This document shows, one piece after another, positions 42,080 through 52,932 of a DNA stretch of 64,000 nucleotides. The notes under the pieces are model-generated. The model saw only the letters and a list, made by a program, of their open reading frames with translations. It had not been told where the DNA came from and did no database searches. Made by a program: the position numbers and the translations under genes. The first letter of the stretch is position 1; the number at the start of each line of letters is the position of its first letter. Source of the stretch: Desulfomicrobium sp. (GTDB lineage Bacteria; Desulfobacterota; Desulfovibrionia; Desulfovibrionales; Desulfomicrobiaceae). Location of the stretch: NCBI GenBank assembly GCA_040768745.1, contig JAXGMI010000001.1, positions 1,536,001 to 1,600,000 on the forward strand. Reading direction: 5' to 3'.

Positions 42080-42295
42080 TCAGCGTTTTTTATGTCGAGA
42101 GGTTTCCCCCCGGCGAAGAGGGTCTGACCAGATATTCCTGACCATCCAGAAGACAGCGTAGCCTGCCGCTGCGAGCAGAAAGAAGCGTGGGAAAAAGATG
42201 CACACCAGAATCCCTGCCGTCAGGAACAAGGGAGGAATCTCCAGAGATTTGAGCAAGCTATGGGCCTGTCGGAAAATATTTTTGAATTGATCCAT
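42080..42295 (-). CDS. Small membrane protein
   Basis: 71 aa with a long hydrophobic core and a basic tail. Confidence 0.55.
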   Translation of the reverse strand: MDQFKNIFRQAHSLLKSLEIPPLFLTAGILVCIFFPRFFLLAAAGYAVFWMVRNIWSDPLRRGETSRHKKR

Positions 42296-42413
42296 TGCCC
42301 TGCACCAAGTTGAATATAAATCGTATTATGCGCAATCCCACTGAAAGTAAACGCGAAAACTTATTTCAGGAGTTTGCTGCCAGACGACTCATCTTCCAGA
42401 ATCAGGAAAATCA

Positions 42414-43808
42414 ATGACGCAAGCGAGTCGCTCCGGGCCAAGTTTCGACCTGTCCAACCTTGAAATGCTTTTTGCTGGTCATGCACCCCGCTTGGCACAC
42501 ATGCGCGATGCATCGTCCTTTGCTGCCGATCTTGCGGCCTGCAGCTTTATGCCCATGGAGCAATCCGAACTCCTGGTCCGTTCGGCCCTGTTGCATGACC
42601 TGGGATACGCACCTTCCCTGCGCCGGTACGGCTTCCACCCCCTGGACGGAGCCTTGTTTCTGGAAAGTCAAGACGAACATCCGTGGGTGATCGAAGGGGT
42701 ACTGCGCCATTCCGGTGCGGACCGCAGGGCTTCGCTTCTGCCCGAAGTTGCCGAGCAGTATGCCATGCGTCCTGTGGCCGTGGGCGCAGCCTGGTTGGTT
42801 CGTGCCGTGACCATGGCGGACTGGCGCGCGGCCGGAATCGGCGGTCGGGTGTCCTTTGGGCAGCGATTGCGGGACATTGTTGACCGCAATCCCGACAACC
42901 CAGGGAAAGTGCGCAGGGCCGAGGCCATGGTCGCCGAGGTGCGGGGATGGTTTCTGGACTGGGTCAAAACCACGAATCGAGCCCGTCCCCTGCCCTGGGT
43001 TTTTTGTGACGTGGATCACACCCTTATCTGTCCGGGTGATCCCCTTTCCGCGGGGAATCGCACTTCCATCAAGGCGTATGTTGCGGCTGGAGGGCGCTTT
43101 TCCCTGGCCTCAGGCAAACATCCCAAAAGCGTTGCATCCCTGTCCCGCGACCTGGGCCTTGAGTCGGCCCAGGTCGCTGCCAACGGCACCTGCGTTTTCA
43201 AAGGGGGTGTGATCACGGTCCTAGCCCATCTTGGAGATGCGGCCATGTCGCTGGTCGCCAGGCTCAAGGCCCTGGGGCTGCCCGTGGCCCTGTACCGAGA
43301 ACAAGGCATTGAGGCCTGCTGCAACTGGGAAGACTGCCTTGACGAGCTTTTTGTGCGCTATGGCGAGATCCGTGCCGAGCGGAAACGGGGGTCAGGGCCG
43401 GTGCTCAAGATTCTGTGCGTGGCCCATAGCGCCGACCAGGAACTGGAGAGAGATCTTCGAAGGCTGGCCGTGTCGCTGGAGGTCGAGGTCTGCCGCAGCG
43501 ACACGCGTTTCATGGAGTTCTTACCTACTGCCGGAACCAAGGGTCATGCCGTGCGCTTTGTGACGCAGCATGAGGATTGGCCTGTTCTGCACACCCTGGC
43601 CCTGGGAGATACTGAAAACGATGCAGCCATGTTTGCCCAGTGCGGGGGCTGCGCCGCAGTGGCCAATGCCACGGGGCAGGCCCTTTTGGGGGCGGATTGG
43701 GTCATCCCGGAATGCGCGGCTGACGGAGTGGGACGGGTGCTCGATGTCGTTCGCCAGGGCGGGGGATGGGGTGGCTTGGCCCTAAGCCTGCAGGTGGAAG
43801 GGCTGTAA
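42414..43808 (+). CDS. HD phosphohydrolase / Cof-type HAD hydrolase fusion
   Basis: N-terminal RLAH..LLHDLGY..FHPLDGA..H..D; C-terminal DVDHTL, ASGK, KG and GDTEND motifs. Confidence 0.82.
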   Translation: MTQASRSGPSFDLSNLEMLFAGHAPRLAHMRDASSFAADLAACSFMPMEQSELLVRSALLHDLGYAPSLRRYGFHPLDGALFLESQDEHPWVIEGVLRHSGADRRASLLPEVAEQYAMRPVAVGAAWLVRAVTMADWRAAGIGGRVSFGQRLRDIVDRNPDNPGKVRRAEAMVAEVRGWFLDWVKTTNRARPLPWVFCDVDHTLICPGDPLSAGNRTSIKAYVAAGGRFSLASGKHPKSVASLSRDLGLESAQVAANGTCVFKGGVITVLAHLGDAAMSLVARLKALGLPVALYREQGIEACCNWEDCLDELFVRYGEIRAERKRGSGPVLKILCVAHSADQELERDLRRLAVSLEVEVCRSDTRFMEFLPTAGTKGHAVRFVTQHEDWPVLHTLALGDTENDAAMFAQCGGCAAVANATGQALLGADWVIPECAADGVGRVLDVVRQGGGWGGLALSLQVEGL

Positions 43809-43868
43809 CTCCCATCCGGATCATATTCCTCCCAGCACACGACGATCCCATTCCAGACTGCTCTGAAA

Positions 43869-45031
43869 TCAGGTCAGGGACACGAGGGCCTGGCAAAGAA
43901 GATGCGGGTCAATAATGCCTGTGCCGGGCTTGGTCAGCGGGGTTTTGATGACCTGGAGCCCGAGGGCCGACAGGTCGTGTTCAGGATTTTTTGTTCCGGC
44001 ATAGGTTATGGCCGGGTCGATCAGGACGAGGTTGAGCACATCTTCCGGGGTGATACGTTCAGGAGCATCTGCCCGCAGATGTCGGAGAAGTGTGTGGACT
44101 TGACCGGGGAGTGAGAGGCCGGTGCACTCCGGATCAGGCAGGGTGTTGGGGATGAAGACCTTGGGGCACGGTGTCTCACTTACTGCCTGGCCCACGCCAG
44201 CCGGGAGCAGGTTCGCGATCACAGAACTGAAAAAGCTGCCGAACGGGTAGCAAATAAGATCTGCGCTCAGGATGGCAGTGCGGACCTTGTCACCGATGGC
44301 CGGAAGTACCATGCAGTTTTTTTTGTCGTGTCCACCAGGAACAGATCCTCAATCGGCTGTGTGATTGGCGGGACTTCCTTGCCGGTCATAAGATGCTGGC
44401 CCACAAGGTGTGTTCCGTCTTTCAGCACGGCCATGAGCTGCAGGTCTGCGTTGAGGAGGTTGCGGACTTCCCCGCGGACCTGTACCAACTTGGAGTAGAT
44501 GGAAACGATGGGGTCAAGGTGCCTTCCGCTGTTCAGATAGCCGGCGGTGAGGATGAGGTTGCCGACACTGGCTCCGCGCAGATCAAAGTCGGGGCCGGCG
44601 GCATTGTCGAAGATGTGCAGGTGATGCCGGATTATTCTGGCCATGGAGTCGGGTACCCGAGTCATCAGGGGATGGCTGCCGCACGCCAGGGCGATCAATT
44701 CGCATCGCAGCTCTTCAGGGGTTGCAGTTTTGGGCAGACGGTAGGCAACAATTTCGAATATTTCGGGAAATCCGTACAGGGACCGATCCGCCAGGGCCAT
44801 GAGCCGATTGCGCAAGTCGCCGACAGAGGGCATTTTGAAGTAACGCCGCAGCACTGCCGAGCTTCCCCCGGAGTCAAAAGGAGTGACCATGTGGATGGAG
44901 TTGTGCGTGTAGTTGATAAGGGTCTGGCTCGTTTCCCGCAGGGCAGTTCCGCCAGAGAAAAAGAGGATTCGGGGTCCAAGGAAAGGACTGCGCTGGGCTT
45001 TGGCCACGCGGGTCGGATCCGGGACAGTCAT
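43869..45031 (-). CDS. YvcK/CofD-like protein (GAK-system CofD-like type), apparent frameshift in A-run near 44316-44324
   Basis: FFSGGTAL, TPFDSGGSS, GDLRNRLMALAD, GASVGN and YPFGSFFSS motifs. Confidence 0.85.
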
Positions 45032-45213
45032 TTCCCTGGTCAGGGGGAGGATTTTCTGGTCACGGGCTTTCCATCAGGGTGAGACACCTCCTCGCGAGCA
45101 TCTTTTGATTGCAATCGACAGCGGCGCGGCCGGCATCATATCAAACCCTTGCGACAATCAAGACAAACGCACAGAGTTCACGGTTCAATCCATGCAAACA
45201 GCTCCCATTCTTC

Positions 45214-45801
45214 TTATTGATGAGGTAGGGAAGGGTCGTCAAGCTCATCCTGCTCATGTGTGGCTGCGTTGCGGATTGTGGTTACAATTCGGTGCAGCTG
45301 ATCCGCGGAGATCAGGCGTTGGGAATGAAGCCAATGGAATTTCTGTATTTCTTCTTCAGGGTCGTTGGCAAAGTTGATCCTGCCGTACCAATCCATAAGC
45401 TGTTTTTTGCGACGCTCCCTGATTTCATGTATGACGACTTCAAACTGTCTGTCATGGAGCAGCGCGATTTCTCCAGCGTCGGAATCGAGATAGGTTATGG
45501 AGGTTTTGGCCAGGGCATGCAGGACAAGGCAAACGGGGCCGGGCAGGAGAAAGATGAGGCCAAACAGGTCTGCGTGGCTCAAGGCGTAAAGACAGTGCGC
45601 CACTCCCCAAAAAAGAAGCACAATGCCACCGTGAAAGAGGGCGCTGTTTCTTTCCACCGATACCCGAGGATCCATGCCAATGGATCCATAGGGGACTTCA
45701 AGCGAGTGCATCCCGTAGGCATCGGAGCGGCTGTATTTGAGGGTGTCCAGCTCGAATTCGAAGCAGACAACGTTGGTGAAACGTCGTTGGGTGATGTGCA
45801 T
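45214..45801 (-). CDS. Hypothetical membrane protein (2 TM)
   Basis: 195-aa ORF with two hydrophobic segments. Confidence 0.6.
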   Translation of the reverse strand: MHITQRRFTNVVCFEFELDTLKYSRSDAYGMHSLEVPYGSIGMDPRVSVERNSALFHGGIVLLFWGVAHCLYALSHADLFGLIFLLPGPVCLVLHALAKTSITYLDSDAGEIALLHDRQFEVVIHEIRERRKKQLMDWYGRINFANDPEEEIQKFHWLHSQRLISADQLHRIVTTIRNAATHEQDELDDPSLPHQ

Positions 45802-45964
45802 GCGGTCAGTCCTGTTCGACGCCTGTGGATGCAGTGAGGTAGGGGGAAAAATCGTTGTTCCTCAAGGTGAGAGCCTCCCTCAATGCCAAGGGCCGGCAAG
45901 GGGGAGTCATGCTCTGTGCGAGGCCAAAGAAGAAAGCCACCCACAAGGGCGGCTTGTCGCATCC

Positions 45965-46040
45965 TGGTGCCGGGGGACAGAATTGAACTGCCGACACGGG
46001 GATTTTCAGTCCCCTGCTCTACCGACTGAGCTACCCCGGC
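45965..46040 (-). tRNA. tRNA-Phe(GAA)
   Basis: GCCGGGGTAGCTCAGTCGGTAGAGCAGGGGACTGAAAATCCCCGTGTCGGCAGTTCAATTCTGTCCCCCGGCACCA. Confidence 0.97.
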
Positions 46041-46179
46041 TTGAAGAAAGCAATCCCTAGGAAAAGGGGTGGATTTGGCAAGGGAAATCTGATCTGCACA
46101 CTTGCAGCATTGCCATGGATTGATGCGGCACGTCAGATAGGCAGAACAATAAAGGCCCGAAACTGGGCCTTGGGTATCC

Positions 46180-46255
46180 TGGTGCCGGGGGACAGAATTG
46201 AACTGCCGACACGGGGATTTTCAGTCCCCTGCTCTACCGACTGAGCTACCCCGGC
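46180..46255 (-). tRNA. tRNA-Phe(GAA), identical second copy
   Basis: Same 76-nt sequence as 45965-46040. Confidence 0.97.
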
Positions 46256-46343
46256 AACGTGGGGTGAAATGGGCTTTTAAGGAAAGGTCAGAGGCTTGGC
46301 AAGGAGAAATTTCGATCCTGCCTCTTGAGCTGTGGGCTGAAGC

Positions 46344-47095
46344 CTAGACACAACCTCGCTCGCCGCGAATCGTGCCCTCCTGGCCGTGCCCACCACCAAG
46401 ATACGCCCGCTGAACCTGCGCATTGGAGAGAAGATTGGCCGCGGTGTCCGCGAGGACGATTCTGCCGACCTCCATGACATAGCCGCGGTCGGCCAATTTC
46501 AGGGCCGCCTTGGCATTCTGCTCCACCAGGATGACCGTGACCCCGGTTTTGTTGATTTCCTTCACAGTCTCGAAGATGGATTTGACCAGAATAGGGGCCA
46601 GACCCAGACTCGGCTCGTCCAGGAGCAGAATCGTGGGATTGGCCATGAGGGCCCGACCGATGGCCAGCATTTGCTGCTCCCCCCGCTGAGGGTGCCGGCC
46701 AGCTGCTTGCGCCGCTCTTCAAGGCGGGGAAAGAGTTCGTAGATCCACCGTCTGCTCTTCACTATGCGATCCGTGTTGGAGGATGTGAACGCGCCGAGCA
46801 TCAGGTTCTCCTCCACGGTCAGAGTGGAAAAGACTCGGCGGCCCTCGGGGCTCTGGGTGATTTTGAGTTTCACGATCTCATGAGCCGGGAGCTTGTGCAG
46901 TGGAATATCTTGGAAAAGAATTTTCCCGCCGGTGATGTGTACCAGGCCGCTGATGGCATTCAGGGTGGTTGATTTCCCTGCACCGTTGGCGCCAAGGATG
47001 GTTACGATTTCGCCTTCGCGTACTTCCAGATTGATGCCGTGCAGGGCTTCGACGTTGCCGTAGTTGACGTGCAGATTTTCAATGGCAAGCAGCAT
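46344..47095 (-). CDS. livF: Branched-chain amino acid ABC ATPase LivF (apparent frameshift in G-run near 46679-46684)
   Basis: GANGAGKST, LSGG and LLLDEPSLGLAP motifs. Confidence 0.9.
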
Positions 47096-47106
47096 TGCAG
47101 ATCCTG

Positions 47107-47871
47107 TTAATTGGAATCAGAACCGAGATATGCTTCGATGACCCGGGGATTGGCCTGAATCTCGGCCGGCGTTCCTTCGGCTATTTTCGCCCCGTGTTCG
47201 AGCACCACCAGGGAAGAGCAGACACGCATGACCAAGCTCATGTCGTGTTCGATGAGGAGCACGGTGATGCCACGATGCTGGATCCCCCGGATGAGTTGGA
47301 TCAGGTCCTGAGTCTCCTGGTCGTTCATTCCGCCTGCCGGCTCATCCAGGACGATAAGCTTGGGCTTGGTGGCCAGGGCGCGTGCGATTTCGAGCAGCCG
47401 CTGGTTGCCGTAGGAAAGATTTTTGGCCTTGTTCCGCCATTCATGAGCCAGCCCAACGAACTCAAGTTCGGCATTGGCTTGACGCAGAGCCTCCTCTTCC
47501 TCCCGGCGCTGGGCCGGTGTGCGGAGCATGGCGGCCAGGGCCCCGGAGCGCATCCGGCAATGACATCCAGCGAGTACGTTTTCCAGCACGCTCATGTTCT
47601 GAAAGAGGCGGATGGTCTGGAATGTGCGCGCGATACCCTGCTCGACGATAGCATGGGTCGGCATCCCGCCCAGGCTTTTGTTGTCAAAGAGAATCGTCCC
47701 TGTGTTGGGTTCGTAGTTGCCGGTGATGAGGTTGAAGACCGTGGTCTTTCCCGCTCCGTTGGGGCCTATGAGGCCCACGATGGACCCTTCTTCCACTTCG
47801 AAGGAAACTTCGTTGACGGCCATGAGACCGCCGAAGCTTTTACTCAGATTGTCCACTGCCAGGAGGTTCAA
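47107..47871 (-). CDS. livG: Branched-chain amino acid ABC ATPase LivG (TTG start)
   Basis: GPNGAGKTT, RTFQ, LSYG, LDEPAGG and EHDM motifs; GGAGG RBS. Confidence 0.92.
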   Translation of the reverse strand: MNLLAVDNLSKSFGGLMAVNEVSFEVEEGSIVGLIGPNGAGKTTVFNLITGNYEPNTGTILFDNKSLGGMPTHAIVEQGIARTFQTIRLFQNMSVLENVLAGCHCRMRSGALAAMLRTPAQRREEEEALRQANAELEFVGLAHEWRNKAKNLSYGNQRLLEIARALATKPKLIVLDEPAGGMNDQETQDLIQLIRGIQHRGITVLLIEHDMSLVMRVCSSLVVLEHGAKIAEGTPAEIQANPRVIEAYLGSDSN

Positions 47872-48823
47872 TTGGCACCTCCTGAGGACAGTCGTGCGGG
47901 GATGCGGTAATTTTTTGGGCTTGGCGGAAGGAGTCCCTGATTGCGGAAGATCATCATCAGCACCATGGCGGCACCGAAAACGAGCATGCGGTATTCGGCG
48001 AATCCGCGGAACAGCTCCGGCAGGCCCACCAGGAGGAACGCTCCGAGAATGACTCCGGGAATACTGCCCGAACCGCCGAGGATGACGATGGTGAAAAGGA
48101 TGACCGATTCCGCAAAGGAGAAGGATTCCGGGGCGATGATGGTCATCTTGGATGCATAGATAGTTCCGCACATGCCCGCCCAAACCGCGCCGATGACGAA
48201 AGCTACCAGTTTGTGGTGTGCGACGTTGATACCGCTGCCTCCGGCAGCCACCTCGTCCTCTTTGATGAACAGGAGGGCCCGTCCAAAGCGGGAATGTTCA
48301 AGCCGCATCAGCAGGAAGATCGTCAGGGCGGCAAATCCCCAGATCAGGTAAAAGAACTGGTCGGGCTTGGCGATCTTGAATCCGAACACAGAGGGTCGGC
48401 TGATGCCGAAAATACCGTTGGCTCCACCGGTGATGTCAAAAACGTTGTTGATCAGGGCGATGCGTACGATTTCGACGATGCCGATGGTCACGATGAGAAG
48501 ATAGTCGCCACGAAGGTGGATGATGGGCCGGGCCACGATGAGTGCAAATGTCCCGGCCAGCAGGCCGGACAGAGGCATCAGCCAAAGGATGGGGACGCCA
48601 TATGCGGTGTTCAGGATGGCGGCAGTGTACGCCCCGACAGCGTAAAAGGCGGCATGGCCCATGTGAAAAGACCGGCGTGGCCGAGGATGACGTTCAGGCT
48701 CAGTGCGAGGATGGTGTAAAGACCCACGTTGTTGAACACGTCCGTCCAGTAGGCATTGAGAAAGAGGGGACAGACCGCCATGACCCCGGCAAATGCGCCG
48801 TACATGAGAAAATTTTTATTCAT
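47868..48823 (-). CDS. livM: Branched-chain amino acid ABC permease LivM (apparent frameshift near 48665)
   Basis: GHAAFYAVGAY, LRGDYL..VT and ILGGSGS motifs. Confidence 0.9.
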
Positions 48824-49726
48824 ACCTTTTTCCGCCACCCTTTCGCCCAGCAGGCCTGTGGGCCGGACAATGAGGATCAGGATCAGGACACAAAATGCTA
48901 TGGCGTCCTTCCATGCGATGGAGATGTAGGCAGCGCCGAGGGCTTCGATGACACCCAGAAGTAACCCGCCCACCATGGCCCCGGGAATATTGCCGATTCC
49001 ACCGAGGATTGCGGCGGTAAAGGCCTTGAGGCCGTAAATCCAACCCATGCTGAAGTTGATCTGACCGTAGTAGAGACCGACCATGAGGCCGGCTGCGCCG
49101 CCGAGGGCCGGACCAATGCAGAAGACCAGCATGATGACCCGGTCTACGTTGATGCCCATCAGCCTGGCCGCACCCTGATCAATGGCTGCGGCCCGAATGG
49201 CCGTGCCGATTTTGGTTTTCTGGATGAAGAAGTACAGTGCGGCCATGAGGGTCAGAGAGGTCAGGAACATGATGATCCGGATGACGGGTATGTCCAGGCC
49301 AAAAAGAGTGACGGCGGCCTTGGGCAGGATGTCGTGCGGGTAGACCAGGAATTTAGGACTGTAGACAGCCATGATCGCGTTCTGAAAGAAGATGGAGGCT
49401 CCCAAAGCCGAAACCACGGCGGAGAGCCGCGGCGAGTTGCGGAGTGGTTTATAGGCCACCCGCTCCAGCAACGCCCCGATGATTGCCACGAGGATCATGA
49501 CCATGGTGGCCAGCAGGAGCACTGCTCCCAGTGCCCCGATCTTGTCCGACAGGCCGAAGGAGACCAACAGGGTGAGGCCGAGATAGGCCCCGATGGTGAA
49601 AAGGTCACCATGGGCGAAGTTGATGAGTTTCATGACCCCGTAGACCATGGTGTAGCCCAGGGCGATCAGGGCGTAGATGCCGCCGACAGCCAAACCGTTG
49701 GTCAGCTGTTGAAAAAATTCTTCCAT
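48820..49726 (-). CDS. livH: Branched-chain amino acid ABC permease LivH (apparent +1 error at the 3' end)
   Basis: ALGYTMVYG..LINFAHG and KAFTAAILGGIG motifs. Confidence 0.92.
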
Positions 49727-49758
49727 ACGTGTGTCACTGAGGCAATGTGTTGCAAGAA

Positions 49759-49789
49759 AGAGGCTCCTTTGGAGCGCAAAGGAGCCTCT
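49759..49789 (-). terminator. Intercistronic hairpin after livK
   Basis: AGAGGCTCCTTTG / CAAAGGAGCCTCT, 13-bp stem. Confidence 0.6.
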
Positions 49790-49806
49790 GGCTTAGTGTT
49801 ACGGGA

Positions 49807-50937
49807 TCAGGGCTGCAGGACAAAGGCGCCAGCAGGGTCAACCTTGTACACACGGTACAGGTCACCCACGCGGTCGCCCTTTTGGTTGAAAGAGATCTTG
49901 CCGGTCAGGCCGGAAAAATCCTTCAGTTGGGTCCGCAGATAGGCGGCAAGTTTTTCACCGGAGGTTTCCTTGGTCTTGGCGATGGCTTCGGCGATGACGC
50001 GATAGGCGTCACCAGCCAGCACTGCCCAGACAGAGCCGGGCGCATTGCCATGGGCTGCTTTGTACGAGGTCATGAATGCCTTGGCTTCTGCAGTGTCCAG
50101 ATCGGCAGGTACTGGGGGGCTGAGGAACATGTACCCTGCGGCGGCTTGGTTGCCGGCAATTTTGACCAAGTCGGGATTGTTGGTGGCGTCCCCACCCATC
50201 ATGGGCACATTCCAGCCCATGTCCATTTTTTGGCGCAGCAACATGCCGGCTTCGGGATAGTATCCAGTGAAGAAGATGACTTCAGGGGCCGCGGATTTCA
50301 TTTTGGTCAGGATGGCGTTGTAATCACGTTCTCCCGGGGTCAGCGCATCATAGAAGGCGATGGTCTTGCCGCTTTTTTCGAGCAAGGCCTTGGCTTCGTC
50401 AGCAAGGCCTTTGGCATAGGATGTATTGTCGTGCAGGATGGCGATCTTCTTGAAACCAAGGGCGTCCAGGGTCTTGGCAGCGACCATGCCCTGCTCGTCG
50501 TCGCGGGGACAGGTGCGGAAAAAGAGGGGCAGACCCTTCTCGGACAGGCGGATGGCGGTGGAGCCTGTGGCAACCTGCAGGATGCCTGATTCGGCATAGA
50601 TATTCTGAGAGGCTTCCGTCACAGAGGATCCATAGGTGCCGATGACAGCGGAAATGCCTTTGGTGGTCAGGCGGGTGGCGGCCAGGGCGGCTTGGCGTGG
50701 ATCACCACCATCATCTTCGATGACCAGTTCGACTTGGGCTCCCCCAATGCCTCCGGCCTTGTTGGTCTCGGCCGCGAGCAGTTCGACGATTTGTTTCATG
50801 TCCTGTCCTTCGCTGGCCCAGGAGCCGGTCAGGGGGCACATGAGGCCGATGCGGATGGATTTGGCCCAAGAAGTCCCAATGGCCAAGAAGACCATGAGCA
50901 TGGTTAGACATCCAAGCGTGTACATTTTCCTCGTCAT
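49807..50937 (-). CDS. livK: Branched-chain amino acid ABC substrate-binding protein
   Basis: Signal peptide; PLTG, FRTCPRDDEQG and G.ISFN.KGD motifs; RBS AGGAGG. Confidence 0.9.
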   Translation of the reverse strand: MTRKMYTLGCLTMLMVFLAIGTSWAKSIRIGLMCPLTGSWASEGQDMKQIVELLAAETNKAGGIGGAQVELVIEDDGGDPRQAALAATRLTTKGISAVIGTYGSSVTEASQNIYAESGILQVATGSTAIRLSEKGLPLFFRTCPRDDEQGMVAAKTLDALGFKKIAILHDNTSYAKGLADEAKALLEKSGKTIAFYDALTPGERDYNAILTKMKSAAPEVIFFTGYYPEAGMLLRQKMDMGWNVPMMGGDATNNPDLVKIAGNQAAAGYMFLSPPVPADLDTAEAKAFMTSYKAAHGNAPGSVWAVLAGDAYRVIAEAIAKTKETSGEKLAAYLRTQLKDFSGLTGKISFNQKGDRVGDLYRVYKVDPAGAFVLQP

Positions 50938-51401
50938 GAAAAAGCCTCCTTCAGGTTGCAATGCCTACGGGTTTGCCAACTGCGAATCCGTTATTGGTGA
51001 AACAGGAAAACCGGGGAGATCCAGGAATACTCTTTTGGGGGTTCATCAGTATCCAGAAGAGCTTACTGCCGCAAAGTCGCTATGAAATCAATTTTTTCAA
51101 TGCGTATAAAATTAGCTGGTCAGCAGGCTGTATAAGGGTTTGCTGGATGACTGGGAGATTTAGATGAGAACCATGGCTGTGACCTGCCGCGACAGGGCGC
51201 GTTTGACCGAAGCTGGCCTTCAAACATCTGGGCGCGGCAGGTGGGGAGCATGAAGGGAAAACAGCTCGATGACACGATGCACTTGTATGTATAAACTTTC
51301 GACGTGATGCCCCTCACATGGTCACGCTGGAGATTCCGGGACACGTCATCTGCAAACAGGACAAGGCTTACCGGAATTTACAGGTAAGCCTTTGATATTA
51401 A

Positions 51402-51448
51402 TGGCCCGCCCTGCATGATTCGAACATGCGACCAACGGATTCGAAGTC
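51402..51448 (-). repeat. att site (duplicated 3' half of tRNA-Arg)
   Basis: TGGCCCGCCCTGCATGATTCGAACATGCGACCAACGGATTCGAAGTC. Confidence 0.92.
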
Positions 51449-51565
51449 GGAATTTAGGGCTTCACGGACTTTCATTAAAAAACACAGATTGATTGACAGT
51501 TCAAGGTGTTGGGCATAGTTTGGCTTCACAGTCAATCACGCAAAATGCCCTGCCTTCATCTTTTT

Positions 51566-51586
51566 TTGGGGGACAGGTGGGGGACA
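51566..51586 (+). repeat. 21-bp direct repeat, also at 60512-60532; putative integrase arm-type sites
   Basis: TTGGGGGACAGGTGGGGGACA, perfect at both ends of the element. Confidence 0.7.
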
Positions 51587-51645
51587 GATTTTAGGGCTTT
51601 TTCGATCAACGGAATTTTTGAAAAGCCGATGTCACGGGGGTGGGT

Positions 51646-52932
51646 ATGGCTTGCAACTGGATACAAGCTGAAGAAGGCATCCGATACCGGGAGCACGCTA
51701 CCCGGCTTCATGGCTCGACCAGCCCAGACCGCTATTATGTAATTCGCTACCGAGTTGATGAAGTTGATCCGGCCACGGGCAAGACCAGGCGAGTCAGGAA
51801 GGAAGAGCCTATCGGGTGGGAGTCGCAAAACGAACAGCGGGACCACAAGGGGCGGAAAATATCCATGATGGACGTGGCCCGGAAGACCCTTGCCGCGTTG
51901 AAAGAAGCGCATAGGACCGGCCAGGGTCCGGCAACGATCGAAGAAACACGATTGCGGGCAGCCCAGGCCAAAGCCGAAGCCAAAGCCCATGCAAGCCTTG
52001 AGTCCGCCAAAAACATCACGCTCCGGGATTACTGGCCGGAATATCTGAAGGCCGCCAAGCTGAAAAAAAGGCCCAAGTCCTGGCAGGCGGAAGACGGTTA
52101 CTTTCGGAACTGGATCGATGAACTTCTAGGCCATATTCCCATGCGGGAAATCGGGCTTGTCCAGTGGGACGGGCTTATGGCCGCCCTGACCGACGCCGGG
52201 CTTGCTCCGCGAACCCGTCAATATGTTGCCCTGACCCTTCGGCAATGTCTGGATCATGCTTTCATGCGGAAGCTGATTCCAGAAGCCCCGCCAAGGGCAA
52301 AGCATGTTGGCGCGACCTTGAAGCCGGACAGCAACCGCCGGACCCGGACCCTTTCCAATCAGGAACTTCAAGCGATCCTGACCGCCCTGGCCGAACGCGA
52401 CCAGTGCGCCTACAATATCACGCTTTTTTGTGCCCTGACCGGGTGCAGGTTTGGCGAAGCCGCCGCCTTGCAATGGCAGGACGTTGACCTTGGCCGGGGT
52501 GAATGTACTTTCAGAGACACAAAAAACGGCCAGGATAGGACCATTCCCTTGCCGGATTCGTTGGTGGAATTTGTGCGCGGGCTAGGAACTGGCAAGGGCC
52601 TTGTTTTTCCCAACGGAAACGGCACGCAGTACAGGCAGACCCCGACGCCGTTTAGGGATGCCGTGGACACCTTGGGGCTGAACGAAGGCCGGGACAAGCG
52701 GGACCGGGTTGTTTTTCATAGCCTGCGCCATTCAGCAGCAACAAGGCTTGCCCAAGTGAATACGCCGCTTCCGGATCTAATGGCGTTGTGTGGCTGGAAG
52801 ACCGCAAGCATGGCGCTTCGGTATGCCCATTCAAACGACGCTGGACGCCGCCGGGCAATGGCCGCGTTGGAATCCATGACCCAGGTGGAAGCGCCCAAGG
52901 TGGTGGATCTTTTCGGGGGTGGCAAAAAGTAA
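51646..52932 (+). CDS. Tyrosine recombinase/integrase
   Basis: TGCRFGE, TKNG, HSLRH and RYAH catalytic residues. Confidence 0.95.
   Translation: MACNWIQAEEGIRYREHATRLHGSTSPDRYYVIRYRVDEVDPATGKTRRVRKEEPIGWESQNEQRDHKGRKISMMDVARKTLAALKEAHRTGQGPATIEETRLRAAQAKAEAKAHASLESAKNITLRDYWPEYLKAAKLKKRPKSWQAEDGYFRNWIDELLGHIPMREIGLVQWDGLMAALTDAGLAPRTRQYVALTLRQCLDHAFMRKLIPEAPPRAKHVGATLKPDSNRRTRTLSNQELQAILTALAERDQCAYNITLFCALTGCRFGEAAALQWQDVDLGRGECTFRDTKNGQDRTIPLPDSLVEFVRGLGTGKGLVFPNGNGTQYRQTPTPFRDAVDTLGLNEGRDKRDRVVFHSLRHSAATRLAQVNTPLPDLMALCGWKTASMALRYAHSNDAGRRRAMAALESMTQVEAPKVVDLFGGGKK

Noticed and set aside
48611..49726. LivH-LivM fusion protein
   Set aside because: One extra A in a run removes the usual ...AEKV* stop that overlaps the livM ATG.
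51402..51448. A second tRNA-Arg gene
   Set aside because: Only the 3' half is present; it is the att duplicate.
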